In this document: positions 1 through 13,045 of the stretch, piece by piece
Layout: each line of letters begins with the position of its first letter
Numbering within the stretch: the first letter of the stretch is position 1
NCBI GenBank assembly: GCA_951406725.2
Contig: OX597815.1
Span: 104,346,001 to 104,410,000, forward strand
DNA: 64,000 nt
Reading direction: 5' to 3'
DNA from: Octopus vulgaris
Taxonomy: Eukaryota
Position numbers and translations under genes: made by a program
Notes under the pieces: generated by a model
What the model saw: only the letters and a program-made list of their open reading frames with translations
Told to the model about the DNA's origin: nothing
Database searches by the model: none

Positions 1-369
1 TATATTTCAAAAAAGAAAAAAAAATACATTGCAACAAATTATGAACCAAAAGAAATGTTATATATTGAGATTTGAAAAAGAAAGGAAAATTCTAAGAAGA
101 AAAAAGAAAACAAAAAGAAACTGGCATTAAATTTCTGAGATTTTTGAGCATTATCAAATGACCAACAGTGCTGATCATTACTGGTTCCAGATTGTTGAAT
201 ATACTTGGTCATTTCTCTGACTGACTTGATGAAAGAAAGATAAACAAAAGCATCTAATATCAGTTTGACATAATGCCAATCTACCTCAATGAAGGCCCAC
301 TTCACACGGATAACTGTTCTTGAAGCAGAGTAGGAGAAGTACTTGCTCTTTCTTTTACTCTCTGTCTGC

Positions 370-406
<37 letters not shown>

Positions 407-1015
407 CACACACACACACTCACCTCCCTAAGTCAGAATGTTTTCATATACTGTATATGGCCCCTAAATTAAGATCTTATTTTCTTTGTGATCTTTTGGA
501 AATATCTTTATTGTCATTATTGCCCCTCTATATTCTAAATTCATATGGCTATACCTATCTTAGGTCTTATCCCTAGTGTAAATGATATGAAATGGAAAAC
601 AATTTAAGTTGTTCAAAGTTTTAACAAATTATGTCAGGTTTTCTTAGAGATATCCTAGCTTTATTATTATTGGCAGTTTATCTGCAAATCTTTTTTTTTT
701 TCTCTTTATTTTATTTTATTTTTTTTTTATTAACTTGTCTTTAACAGCCATTATAATCATTCTCTGACTTATCCCTGCAGTTTATCTCTACATATAGTCT
801 TTATCATCTTATCCATTTCACAACCTTCTACGATGTGGTTTGATATTCTGCCTCACTCTTCTACGAGTTCATATATGATATTATTGGTAGTGCAACAGTC
901 CCAGTCACACTCATTTTAATGGTATAATGGATACTTTGACATTTTTTTTCTCAATCTTTATCTATTACTCTCCTACTCTGCATATATGAAGATTCATACA
1001 TATGTGAGTGTGTGC

Positions 1016-1088
<73 letters not shown>

Positions 1089-1224
1089 GTGTGTGTGTTT
1101 GTATATGTATACATATGTATATACTTATAACAACCAGTAAAAATATTTGCATCATAAAAAAATCTTGTTTGTTATTATTTACTTATTACATGGTTTGTGT
1201 TCATCATCAATATTAATATATTAA

Positions 1225-1429
1225 CCCTTTTAATACCAGCTCAGTTGAGACTGCCGCAAGTTGTCTGATGTAAACTTCCTATTTAAAAATAATCTAAATT
1301 AAAATTTTCCATCAAAGTTTATGTTCCAAATACCATCTTAATGAGTTATTTTACTAAATATTTCATTATTTTCAAAATTTATTGAAACCAAGGCAGTGTA
1401 TTTCAACAAAAATCTGGCAACAAAAGGGG
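1225..1429. mobile_element. piggyBac-type MITE (degraded)
   Basis: TTAA-CCCTTT at the left end and AAAGGGG-TTA at the right end; no coding capacity. Confidence 0.55.
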
Positions 1430-2199
1430 TTATTATTGTTTCGTAAAGATTTTGTTTCTTAGTCCCATAAATGACTTTTTGGAGCTTTTAGAAGTGGATA
1501 ATGCTTTTGAGTGGGTTGGGTGGGGTCATCATAAATAGATATTTTGTCTTTAGTGTAGATCAGTATGCTAGTAATCAATCAATCCTAAGAGACAAAATAT
1601 CTATTTAAGCTGACACTCAGTAGCATTGAACCTGAAAGTGACAGTTATGAAATGAACTTCACCCCACAGCCAAACTTGCATCCATGATTTGAAATAATGC
1701 CCCTATGGTTCAGCCTGTATTTGTTATAAGAAAGACTCAAACTGAAAGTAATGTAACAAAACAAGTTTATTTTAATTAACAATATTACCATCACATGTTT
1801 CAGATATTTACTTAAATTTTCCTGCTGTAGTATACAAATACTTAGAAAAACAAAGTTTGTACATGAACAAATAATGTGTCAAGAAGTACTCCTGGTTGAT
1901 TTAGTTGATCTGCCTAGGATGATGTCCTTAATGATTGCAATATCTAATATATTACAGTTTACTTAAATGCTATGTTCTATAGAAAAAAAATTAGTTGATA
2001 AAGATTATTGGCTTTAAAATTCCAAAATGTATTAATTTCCTTTCTGAAAAAGATAGTTGAAATGCAACTACTTATGTGTTATTATGTTTATTGATTATTT
2101 TTAACTGTTTCTCATTTCATAAATTAAGTGTAACATTTAAGAATTTACTTTAAAGTGAAGATACACATTAGAATTTACATAATTCCATGCCTCTACTAA

Positions 2200-3030
2200 G
2201 AGGCATGGCAGTGCCTCTATTGAAAGGATGCTAAATGTGGAGAATGCAAGGAAGGTAGAGTGTTCCTAATGTGGACCCAACAGAAGGACAAACTATCCTT
2301 GTTGACTAACATGACGGATAAACCAATTAAAGATATGAAGACAAGGAAAGCATCTGGCCTGTCAGGAATGACTACTGAAATGCTTAAAATATGTTGTGGA
2401 ATAGGATACAGCCTAGTTGCCCATAGTCAACTGCTACAAATTGAAAGAGATGTCTTAGACAGGTAATCAAATTGCTGGATAAGCTATGAAAATTACAGAA
2501 ACAGCCATAACACAACTAATTGAGAAGTGAGTTAACTGAGATGAGATGCAGTTTAGTTTTGTACTAGGAAGGAGCCGTACTGATGTTATCTTAGGCAACT
2601 GCATGAGAAGCATTTAGCCAAAAATTAATTGCTGTACTTGGTATTTTTCAAAATGGAGAAAGTGTTTGACAGTCTCATCTGGTGGTTGCTGTGGAAGCTA
2701 GAGGTAGATGAGTGGTTGGCAAGAGCTAGCCAAGCCATGTACTAGGGGTGCTGTCAATAAGGTGGAAATTGGCATCGAGTACAGCAATGAATGTGTGTAG
2801 GTGGTTCACTAAGGCTCGGCTCTTGGAATCCCCTTGTTTATCATAGTCATCTGAAACATAGAAGAGAAATTTGAAACTGGTTGTCCATGGCAATTCCACT
2901 ATGTTGGTAGAAATTCTGTACAGTGTATTCAGTGCAAGCTCACAGAGAAAGTAGTCTGTGTGTGACATGTACTGGAAAAACAAAGCACTAACACATAGGA
3001 AATAGATTTCTTCAAATGCTCAGGGAAATC
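2200..3030 (+). mobile_element. Heavily degraded RTE-clade LINE fragment (reverse transcriptase region)
   Basis: IKDMKTRKASGLSGMTTEML peptide; collinear nucleotide similarity to the RTE copy at about 43800-44960 (gatgagatgcagtttagtttt, atggagaaagtgtttgacag, caagccatgtac); many stops and deletions. Confidence 0.8.
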
Positions 3031-3094
3031 CTCTCTCTCCAACTGCAGTAGCTACAGATCTCAACTGCAAGACAACTATTTTTGTCCCTCTATT

Positions 3095-3300
3095 CATACT
3101 CTAACCTCTCATCACCTGGCACAAAACCACTTCCCTTAATACCACTTTCCTCAGTTGCGTGGTCTTGACTTGCAAGTTGCTTCATTACCTTGGTGCCACA
3201 TAAAAAATACCCAGTACACTCTTTAAAGTGGTTGGTGTTAGGAAGGGTATTCAGCCATAGAAATGATGCCAGAGCACAGTCTTCTGACTTGCCAGCTCCA
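3095..3300 (+). mobile_element. SINE/LINE 3' module fragment (gtggttggYRttaggaagggcatccagc family)
   Basis: Same motif recurs at about 14040, 39248, 45902, 54522 and 62222, and inverted at about 23740. Confidence 0.7.
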
Positions 3301-3549
3301 ACCTGCACTTATTTCCAAGTGAGCTAATAACCTCGAAGTCTTCAACAAGCCTGGATTTCATTATATGGGGAACTGAAAACAAATGACATTGTGAAAAGCC
3401 TTTGTTTACAAAGATGGCATGACATGCCAATGAGCCATGTCTACTTTTGTAGTGGATTGCAAGCAAATGACAGCATTAGTGAAGCCATTGTTTACAAACT
3501 AGTGAGCAAAGCATGAGAATGAAATACAAAATCATGCACACAGACAAAC

Positions 3550-3650
3550 GAGTTTCAGTTTCTGTCTACCAAATTTACTCAAGGCTTTGGTCGGTCTTGG
3601 ACTATAGAAGGTGTCATGCAGTGGGACTGAACCCAAAATTGTTGTTGGGA
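3550..3650 (-). mobile_element. Fragment of tRNA-derived CORE-like SINE
   Basis: Similar to 40560-40670 (tttcagtttc...ctaccaaat...ggtcgg...gcagtgggactgaaccc). Confidence 0.6.
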
Positions 3651-4004
3651 AGAAAATGGGTAGAAAACTAACCTAAAAACATGAAATTATAGCACCTGGA
3701 CATGTAATGTTATTTTGATGAAATATGGTTGATTTGGCTGCTAAGATTTTTAATGTAAAATATTTATGCAAGTTAAAACAAAAGGATACACTCACTAATA
3801 ATTTAAGTACTTTATTTATGAAAGGATAGTTGGTTCTTTGACAGAATGTGTATTTTTGTAATTTTACATTGTAAAATCACCATTGACAATTACTGCTGTT
3901 TTGGTTACAGGTTATGTGGCCTTTGATAAATTGTTCTTCTATACAGCTGCTACCAACTTTATATATCACATGCATACAAGCTCCTTCTTTGGTACTTGAC
4001 CTTC

Positions 4005-4165
4005 TGGGAGAAGCAACCAAGCTGCAATTCACCATTTTAAAAACAAAGATGCATTAGGTAATGTAATTCCAGAGACAATCTGAAAATGCCACGGATAGGT
4101 CATGACTAGAATTCTTTATTCATAGGGTCCACTTGATCAGAGCTTACCTAGGGTTAAACAACACT
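4005..4165 (+). mobile_element. Degraded dispersed repeat (SINE 3' part ending ...gggNtaaacaaca)
   Basis: Related diverged copies at about 52600-52722, 58585-58790 and 59170-59345 (+) and 59465-59640 (-). Confidence 0.5.
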
Positions 4166-5611
4166 ATAAATACAAAGTTGATTAAGACTACAAAATGAAA
4201 TCATGTAAATACTCAGATCAGAAATATGTGATTTTTTTGGTTTTAATTCAGGCTGTGATGTCTAGTAGACTTCATCTAAATTATATTCTAACATTAAACA
4301 TCAGTCAACCAATCATATTACTCAGCTCTGAGAAATATTCACCCTAAGACCAAACAGACATCTGATGTAGCAGCCCTTGAGATTGGACTATATCTGAACA
4401 GAACTCCAAGTTAATTTTGCTTCAGCAACAAAAGACTCACTGGATTAGATCACCCTGTGGTCCCGAATGATGAGGTAAAAGTACTGAAAGTTAATTGTAG
4501 AGTATAAAAACAAGAAATTTAGGGTTCATATCTTGTTAGTTTTGTGAACAAAAAACTGGATTTTATAGTCTTATACTTCTTGCTGTAAAAAGCTATCATA
4601 GAGCAGAAATAATTTGCTGATATAGTATTTAAAAAAATACAAATAGATAAATATTTTCATTGGCTTGAACTATGCTTCTGGTGAAGCTACTGTTAGATTC
4701 AACTGACTTCATTAATTATTTCAATCTGCTTTTTCATTGGACCAACACAATGATTTTGATTACAGGCTGTGGGAAATAAGCTGGTATATAACCCATTCTG
4801 ATTAGAGGCTGTCAAATGATAGCTGCTATGCAGCCTAGTCTTATTACAGGCTGTCATTGATAGTGGTGGATGGCTAAGCAGACAAATTCCATGATACACA
4901 AGAGATTCTCAGCAAAATAACCTAGCTCTAGTTAAGCAAGTCAGACCCAGAAGAAAAACAGCTGCAGCACATTGTAGTTCAACATTATAGTGTAATAATT
5001 CATTTTTGATGGATTTCTAACTTTGATACAAATTTGCATTTTAAACAACTGTTGCATTATTCTGTTTGTTACTGCCATAAATATCAGAACCTTGTATTTT
5101 CCCTTAAAATAAATGTATGCAAAATAACTTTGTACAATGAAATAGTAAAATAAGCAAATGATTTGGCATCACTGAAATGTGAATATTACTGTATAAAGGA
5201 GAGTAATCAATCATATTCCATTTCTATATAGTGTATTGATTTAAATCAGAACATTTAACCTTTTATTTTAACACATGGAGCTAAGGTGGTTTTCAAGAAA
5301 TGATAGACTTGTATGACTCAACTATGGTGTTTCTTACCAATATCAAACCATTACTATATGATATATTGTAAAGGGTAAGAAGCATAGCAAGGTAAAAATC
5401 TTCCAATAATTCAAGCCTAAACAATCTTAATATGCTTCCTAGTCAATGAAGCTTTGTGGAGATTTTAGGTTCAACAGCTGGAAGATGATGAAAATTTTTC
5501 AAATCATCACCCAGTTTATCAGAGCAGAATCAATAGATCTTTGAATTTAATACATTGCAGTATTTAGTTTTATCTCATTATAAAGTAAGTTCAATTTCCT
5601 CTGGGTTCAAC

Positions 5612-6400
5612 TTAGCCCTTTGAACCCTAGATACCCATTGTCCTCAGCACCCTCATCTCAGGTTCTCTGGGTAAAAAATCGAAAAAAGTGATTTCCCACT
5701 TGATATTGTTTCAGTGTGTTCTCTGTCACACATATTGAAATAAATGCCAGAGGGCAATATTGTCTTTACCACATTTTGTTTTTGTTTTATTGCTTTTATT
5801 TTTTTTTTTATTGCCAATTGAGCCAGCAGTTACTGTCTGGCTTTCCAATGCAGAGGAACTCCTCAATATTTGCATCTGTAAACAGCCTTACTCACATTCA
5901 ATTTGATTCTTAGTTTCCTCGAGTAAAATATCCCATAAGTCTTCATTCCAGAATAAACTAAAATAATCAATTGGAGTACTGTCTACATTTATAGTGTCAG
6001 GCATGTTCCTGGGCCAAGGTGGCTTATATAGCGTAAATTGACACTCTGCAAAGCCTATAGTATCTCTCTGCCATCTTGGAGGAGTATTGGTTCTTATCTC
6101 TGGGTGGAACATTGGGCCTACCACCTGGAGTGCGCCTTCTGTTCCCACCACAAACTTGAACATGACCCTTCTGACAACTGACAGACACTGCACCATGCAC
6201 ATTTGCCAGTGGCTGTACATTTTATTAAGCAGCATAATCATCGAGATCATTGTTATCACTTTCCGGGTCTAAATCGCCAGATTCACTCCCAAAATCAGCA
6301 TCGTTGCCATAATCATCATTGTCAATGTTCTCAAAACAGAATTGGAAGTGCAATGTGTCCAGAGGTGTATAACATTCATTGATGTCTGGTTGTTACTATA
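5612..6400 (-). mobile_element. Internally deleted piggyBac-like transposon (transposase N-terminal relic)
   Basis: ORF 5888-6259 ends with STPIDYFSLFWNEDLWDILLEETK, the typical start of the piggyBac/PGBD catalytic-domain family; upstream acidic tract DNDDYGNDADFGSESGDLD; TTAG-CCCTTT terminus-like motif at 5612. Confidence 0.7.
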
Positions 6401-6789
6401 ATCCTGTGATATATGGAGAAGCTCGCATGCACACACATACACGTGAAATTAAGAGAAGGAACAGAAATATGTATTGAAAAGGGAGAAATGGAAATTTGTC
6501 TAAAGAATTTGAAGGTGATATATATTTTGGATAAACTAATGAATTATAATTATAGTGGGTTAATGTTTACTTTAGTACCTATTAAATATTAACCTTATAT
6601 TGACTCTACTATAGCAATAGTCTTTTTTCAATTATTTTTGTATCTTCAAAAAATTACTTTCATTTCAATTGTTTGCTAAATACTGTTCATTCATAAATGA
6701 ACTATTTTTTTATGACTAGTGCAGCATAAATCATGTTATGCTCATGTTTAAATGTTTGCTTGGTGTAGTCTAGTTATACACAACTTTCA

Positions 6790-9700
6790 GCAACTAACCA
6801 ACAACACATTCCAGATATATTGGAACTTCTCAACCATGGTCTTGATTGTGCGATGGTGTCGGTCCACAATCTCCTTTCCACGTGACTTAAATGTAGCTCT
6901 GAAGAAGCGCCTGGTGTTCTATCTCCTGAGTATTTCTTTCAGCTGTTCTGAACAAAATGCTGAACTTTTGTCCATCAATAGCTTGTCCACTGGCTTCCTT
7001 TCCAGGAATATCATTCAGCATTTCTGCAATTTCATCCACAGCCCCATCCTGATCTTCTCCCCATATCACCATCCTCCCTGCCCCACAGTCAATCAGGGAG
7101 AGGTATGATCTTCCCTGGTAGTATGTCTCGTCATCTGCCAGTCTCCTCCAGTTTTCCTCCTCCTGAATCTTTCCTGTTTCATGCAAACTCAGAGCAGGGT
7201 CAATGGACTGATACCTGTTGCAGTTCCCTGCCACCTTCCAGATACTCTCCCTGGTGACATCAGCATCAACTTCCCTTGCTAAAAATAGGGTCTTGTCTAC
7301 TCCTATATGACACATGTACAGCCTCTGCAATCCTGGGCCCCCCAGCCAGCATGCAGCAGCCACTGTACTCCACTCGGTAAATTTTCCGGCGCTTGCAACC
7401 AGAGTTTCCTTTTACCCTGGTAAGAGAATTGATCTTAGTTTTATTCTGAAGGCACAAAGGTTACCTACACCTGGCCAAACTCAGTAGCCAGCTCTCTCAA
7501 GATTCCCAGGCGGCACTTGATTATCATTTCTGCGGCTCCTTTTGTTTGGATTCTCTTCTGATTAGTGATTAGTGATGCTGCCCATCCACGTACCGTGGCT
7601 GAATCAGTTCGAATCTTGAAGAGCACTTTCCATCTCAGTGTCCAGTTCACGCCCTCAACACATTGTCCAGTTCAGCTACAATGATATGATTGCAGTCATC
7701 CTTCTTCCTGAGCGATGCTGTATATTTCTCCTCGACCCCTTTCATTTCAGGTGTGACTGTTACTGCTATGCTACTCACATCATACCATACAATTCCATTT
7801 TTGTTTTGGTCACGTACCAACTTCCCTTCACCGGGTCCTCTCTCTCTCTGTCTCTCTCTCTCTCTCTCTCTCACTCTCTCTCTCTCTCTCTCTCTGAAAC
7901 ATTTCGTATCATGGTAACTGTCTTTTCTCTTACTTTGTCGCCCCAGCTCACTTCTTCAGCTTGCTTCTTGATGTAGCTGCATGCCGTTTGAAACAATCTG
8001 CAAAAGGATAGCAGCCAACCAGTTCCCCTTACTTTGTGAAAAGTTCTCGCCAATTCATGTCCTCGCTCATGTCTGGAATCTCATTTCCTCTCCAAAATCA
8101 GGCCTGCTTACCTTGACTCTCTCGGTATTCAGCCCCAGCATAATGCCTCATTCTGAAGCCTCCTGTGGTTTTAAACTCAGCCCGAACTTTTTCATATTTC
8201 CTACAATTTCCTCTGCTGACACCACGGTCTCATATACTAGAATTTCATCAATGTAGGAACTAATAGCCCACTTCATCTTGGCCACCTTCTCCACCAAAAC
8301 CACCCTAAGAACCTTCATCAAGATTTTTGGTACTGAGTTCAAACTGAATCCCAGCTGAGTCAAACAGTATGTCCTGCTCTTGTATCTCACCAGGTGATAC
8401 CGCCACAATTTTTCATCCACGTAGAGCCGCAGATATGCAGATTTGAGAACGATAGTCGTAGCCCACACCCCACCCCACCCCCGGCATATGCCTTCACTCA
8501 CGCAAGGTTTTCCCTCAGACATCTGCCGCTTCACTGCCCTTATGACATTGTGCGTGCTCATTGAAATCTCGAAAGTCTAATACCAGCCGGATTTTACCTT
8601 TTGTTGGCTCGACGACATCCATCGTCAGTAACACTACTCTTTCTACGACATTGAAATACCCTCATTCCATCGGTCGATTAGTCTCCAACTCATTCTTGGC
8701 CCCTTCTTTGAGGGCGTGCTCGTAGCAGCTCACGTTATTTCTCAACATCAGGAGTTCTTCCCTCCAAAAGTATTCCACCATCCATCGCTTACCGTCAGAC
8801 TCAATCCGGAAGCCCTCATCTTCAAATTTGTCTGCAGTATTTCTTTCCACAGAGTTCAACTCGTCCACCCTACAGCCTTCTTCCTCCGTTTCACACTCAC
8901 AGCACAAGGCACACTGACTCTCACCTCCAAACTCTACTCCTATCTTGCCGTCCGCCACACCTCCCTGCCAGCAAATGACATCCATCCTGACTACTATATC
9001 AATATCATCCATAACCTTGTCGATAACAATTACCTCTACCTTCATCGGCATTACCTGTACAACCAACTTCACCACACCGACGCCTCTATACCCCACCTTC
9101 CTGCGAGCCACTGCCCCCCACCAAGCTGGGTTTTCCATTCCATCTTCCAACCTTTTTCGCTGTCACCAGGACTCGACAAGGGCTCTCGTTTCCCTTGATA
9201 CCCCCCCTTCCCACCGCCAAACCCTTATTACAGGCAGTGAACATAGGAGCACCTCTAATCGGTTGTCGGAACAGCTATCTTGTTCTGTTTCCTTGTTTGC
9301 TTTAGACCGTGGTGCCCGGGGTGGTCACACCAGCAGCATACCACTTCAGATTTTTGGCTTCTTGCAATCTCTGACCATATGCAGACCCCGACATCTGAAA
9401 CACAGCCCCTTAAACGTATCAGTTCCTCTGCCACTCTCCAGTTTTTGCTGTTCACCGCTTGAACCCTCATTCTACTAAGCTCCGCCGTCACCATTGTTGC
9501 GACTTCACAGTTGTTCTGCGTCAATATTCGCGTTATATCCACCAAATCACCCACAGTTATTGTGTCAATGTCCAGTAGCTGCTGCAGCCGCACCAAATTA
9601 TGGTCAAAGAATCGCTTCGCCGGTAAACACAGAAAGCCCAGCCAGTCTCTTTAGCTTGTTTACATAGTTATCACCTGCTCCTCACCTCATTTCACTGCTC

Positions 9701-9940
9701 CTGGCTTGCAATTCCCCTTAAATCACCCTCCATGAACTCATCCTTCAGCCATTCGTCGATCTTCTTCAACTTTAGCTGATCTGCTTCGTCCATTTCTAAA
9801 TACATATACAACGCACTTCCCTCTAGACACAGCGGCATAAAACTAGTCACGTCTAGTAAGTGTTGCAATATGCCTCACTTTCTTAATCCAGGCCACAATT
9901 TAACCTTCACCAGAAAACGGTCTGAGTACAACACTCCCGA
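6790..9940 (-). mobile_element. Decayed Ty3/Gypsy LTR-retrotransposon internal region (gag-PR-RT-RNaseH-IN)
   Basis: Minus-strand order: zinc knuckles CFRCRGLHMVRDC and CCWCDHPGH; protease-like RALVES and IVVRMDVI; RT KIRLVLDFRDFN, LKSAY, LGFSLNSVP, YIDE; RNase H WYDVSS, AELD, RTDS; integrase HIGVDKT..CNRY, YLSLIDCG; many frameshifts; (CT)n expansion at 7838-7894. Confidence 0.88.
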
Positions 9941-10344
9941 TCCTTATCTTAGTGAACATCTCAAAATCGATTATAGAAAAAACTCCCCAAGATAAACAAA
10001 ATGCCGAAATAACTTGTAAAAAGGACAGAAAAGATAAAGGCAGAGAGAAAATTATCCTCCATTACAACTGAAAAAAATTGTTGCACGAACTTGTATGCTT
10101 CTTTCACTACCCAACCTTTGACCAGACTCTTCTTGAACTTGCTACACACAACCGTTCACTATGGAAGTTTGTCGAATTAAAAGAGGCCGATCAAATCACC
10201 TGCTTTTCCTATGACTTCACTTCTTCCTTCGTTTCTAGTTCTGACATCTCTCTTCAATGCAAAGAAGTTATTTTTCCATGCACAAGAGAAACAAGTTCAT
10301 TTATTTTGAGGGTTCCAGGATCCAGACATGTCTTGCAAGTGATT

Positions 10345-10935
10345 TAGGCTCTCAGATTTTTCCCAATCTTGAACCACAGAAAATATGAAGAAAATATGCC
10401 ACCATAAAAGGTATTTAAATCTACGTAAATATGATTCGACCAATGGTCGAAGCGGCAAATCACAAAGAAAGTGTGCGAGTTTTCCCATAAACAGTTTGGT
10501 CGAAGATTCTAGCAGGACAGTTTACAGCTATAAAAGAAAAAGAAAAACACTGGTAAGCTCAACCTCAAATAAGAGAAACATAAAACCGTCTAAGGGAATC
10601 AATGTTACTTGTCTCAGCGTGTTGGTCTTTCTCTTTTTTTTTTTACGTTTACATATTTATGCCCTACTTGACAAAAGGTACCAAGTAACATGCATTAATT
10701 TATATGCTGTGGTTGAAATTCCTTGTATTACTTTCATAACGTTGTCCAGTAAGTTATATACAGAAAATTTTAAACAGTTATGTTCATTGAACATTGTTCC
10801 ATTAATTTATTGGATGTATGTTTGTAATTATAACGATATGGGTTAATAAAATACTTGAAAACTCAATTAAACTTTATTGTTGTCATTGTCTACACGCACA
10901 ACCTACATTGTGAACAGTCTAAGAAGAACATGTGA
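10345..10935 (+). repeat. Copy A of a diverged ~550 bp repeat present three times
   Basis: Aligns by eye to 11235-11320 plus 11760-12240 (direct) and to 12335-12892 (inverted). Confidence 0.8.
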
Positions 10936-11759
10936 CTAACCGCAGCACTAAAAATTGGTGACCCGATATGAAATCACACTCAGAAAATTGCTAGCAACAG
11001 TTTACGAAATCTTGGAAACAATTTTAACAACATGTGTATGTAATCAGGACAAAGCTACTGGCTCATTGAATTCTTCCTTACAAATTGGGAAAATAGTGAA
11101 CTTTGAATCGACCGAAAATGCCGACATCTTGCAAATTAATTCGTAATTATAGAATTGGAAAATCGGAGGGTAATGGTTCAAATCTCAGCCTGGTCCTTTC
11201 TATTGTGGTGGTGAGTCATATATTCTTTTGAGGTCACTTTAAAAGGTATTCAAATCTATGTGAATATGGCTTGACCAATCAGCACTATTTGACTTACTAT
11301 AGTTGAGGTGGCAAATGAACTTTCTGCTTTTTGACAAAATATACAATTTCTATTCAATTGACAAACTTCTCTGTTCATATTAGGTCAAATGAAACGAGAT
11401 GAAATGAGTTTTCTGGTGCTGCAACTCCCAGATAGAAAAAAAATGTGAAGATCAGAAAGAACTGCAAGTCGATGTTTATCAGACACAAAATGTTGTCCAT
11501 GGTACATAAAAATATCACACCAAATATGCTTCGTGGAAGCAAACGGAGGAAGGCAAAATTCTAAATAAAAAGACTGAGTTCTTTAATTGCAAATAGTTCT
11601 TCATCCGATTCTTGATATATAGCCATTTTTTTTCCAGATCTATAGAATCTTTAGAGTACAGAGAACTCATATGAACTTAGGATAAAGTGCCAGTTAGTGC
11701 CATTATTAGAACTCTTGATATAACGAATATCGGCAACAAACTGTAACAATCAAGGAATT

Positions 11760-12240
11760 GTATGAGCTTTCTTGCCAAGAAGTTTGGCCGAAGGTTCTAG
11801 AAGGATGTTTAACAGTTATAAAAAAAAAAGCTAGCGAATTCAACCTCAGATAAAAGAGTCACTAACCGTTTAGAGGAATCTATGTTACTTGTCTCAGTGA
11901 GTCATTCTGGCTCTCCGTCTTTCACGTATCTTATGTAACATACTTAAGTCACACTCAACTGAAGGCACCAGCCTTAACTTGTAGCGTCAAATAATGCACA
12001 TTAATTATATGCTATGATTTAAATTTCTTGCGCTACTTTCATTATATTATCCAACAAGTTATATTCAGATTTCTATCCGTTACGTTTGTTGCATTTTGTT
12101 CCTTTGGTTTATTGAATGTACATTTGTAGATATAAACGGTCAAGATTAATAAAATATTTGGAAACCCAAACGTTGGTGTAGTCATTTTCTATACACGTAA
12201 CTTACCTCATATTGTCAACAGCCAAAGAAGAATAAATGGC
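11760..12240 (+). repeat. Copy B of the ~550 bp repeat (its 5' part lies at 11235-11320)
   Basis: agtttggccgaaggttctag, tcaacctca, ggaatctatgttacttgtctcag, tactttcat and ttaataaaata shared with copy A. Confidence 0.8.
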
Positions 12241-12334
12241 AAACCAGAAGGCTGAATGTTTGAATTGTCATGCGCCACTACTTTAGTGTGGTGGTTAGTC
12301 ATATCTTCTCCCTAGGATGATCACAATGCTGGTT

Positions 12335-12892
12335 GCGTGTGTAGACAATGACAACAATAAAGTTTGAGTTTTATTAAACTACATCGTTGTATTTACAAAC
12401 GTATATCCAATAAATTTTTGGAACAACTTTCAATAAACATCACGGTTAAGATCCTTTTATATATAACTTGCCGGATAATGTTATGAAAGTAATACAAGGA
12501 ATTTTGATCACTACATATATTTTGCTTGACATTACAAGTTAAGGTGGGCACCTTTTGTTGAGTAAGGCATAATCAGGTTATATAAGAAACGCGAAAGATG
12601 AGGCGAGGGATCAACTCCCAGAAATAAACTACACAGATTCCTCTAGACGGCTTAGTGGATCACTGTTCTGAGTTTGAATTTGTCAGCTTTTTATAGTTGG
12701 TGGTCATCCAACTCAAATCTTCGACCAAACTGTTTGGCAGGGAAAAAACTTGCACACTTACTTTGTAGTTTGCCACCTCAACCACAAGTCTGATTGGTTG
12801 ATTCACATTAACGTAGGTGTTAATATCTTTCATGGCAACACTTATCATTTTATGGAGATACTTTAGTTTTAGATTGGGTAAATCTAAGAGCT
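12335..12892 (-). repeat. Copy C (inverted) of the ~550 bp repeat
   Basis: gtgtagacaatgacaacaataaagttt, ttatgaaagtaatacaaggaattt and aatcttcgaccaaactgttt are reverse complements of copy A segments. Confidence 0.8.
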
Positions 12893-12944
12893 ATGGTTCA
12901 AATCTGAACCAGGGTCTTGCAATAAAAGGACCACAATCTTAGAA

Positions 12945-13045
12945 TAAAAATCGGTTGATATCTTTATGCAGTACAAGAAACAGGTTTTGCAAAATTTAAA
13001 GTACATACAAACAGAAATACTGATGTGAACTTTAATATATAGATA
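12945..13045 (-). mobile_element. Possible 5' remnant of a non-autonomous Helitron
   Basis: aaaatcggttga...caaacaga...tttaatatatagat resembles 41660-41750. Confidence 0.35.

Noticed and set aside
39-419. 126-aa minus-strand ORF
   Set aside because: Starts in a microsatellite; no recognisable motif and no convincing splice pair
1533-1606. 16-bp inverted repeat aaatagatattttgtc / gacaaaatatctattt
   Set aside because: Real but short and AT-rich, with no tail, TA flank or ribozyme motif to assign it
9940-10345. 5' LTR and primer-binding site of the Gypsy relic
   Set aside because: No matching repeat below 6790 and no clear tRNA-complementary site
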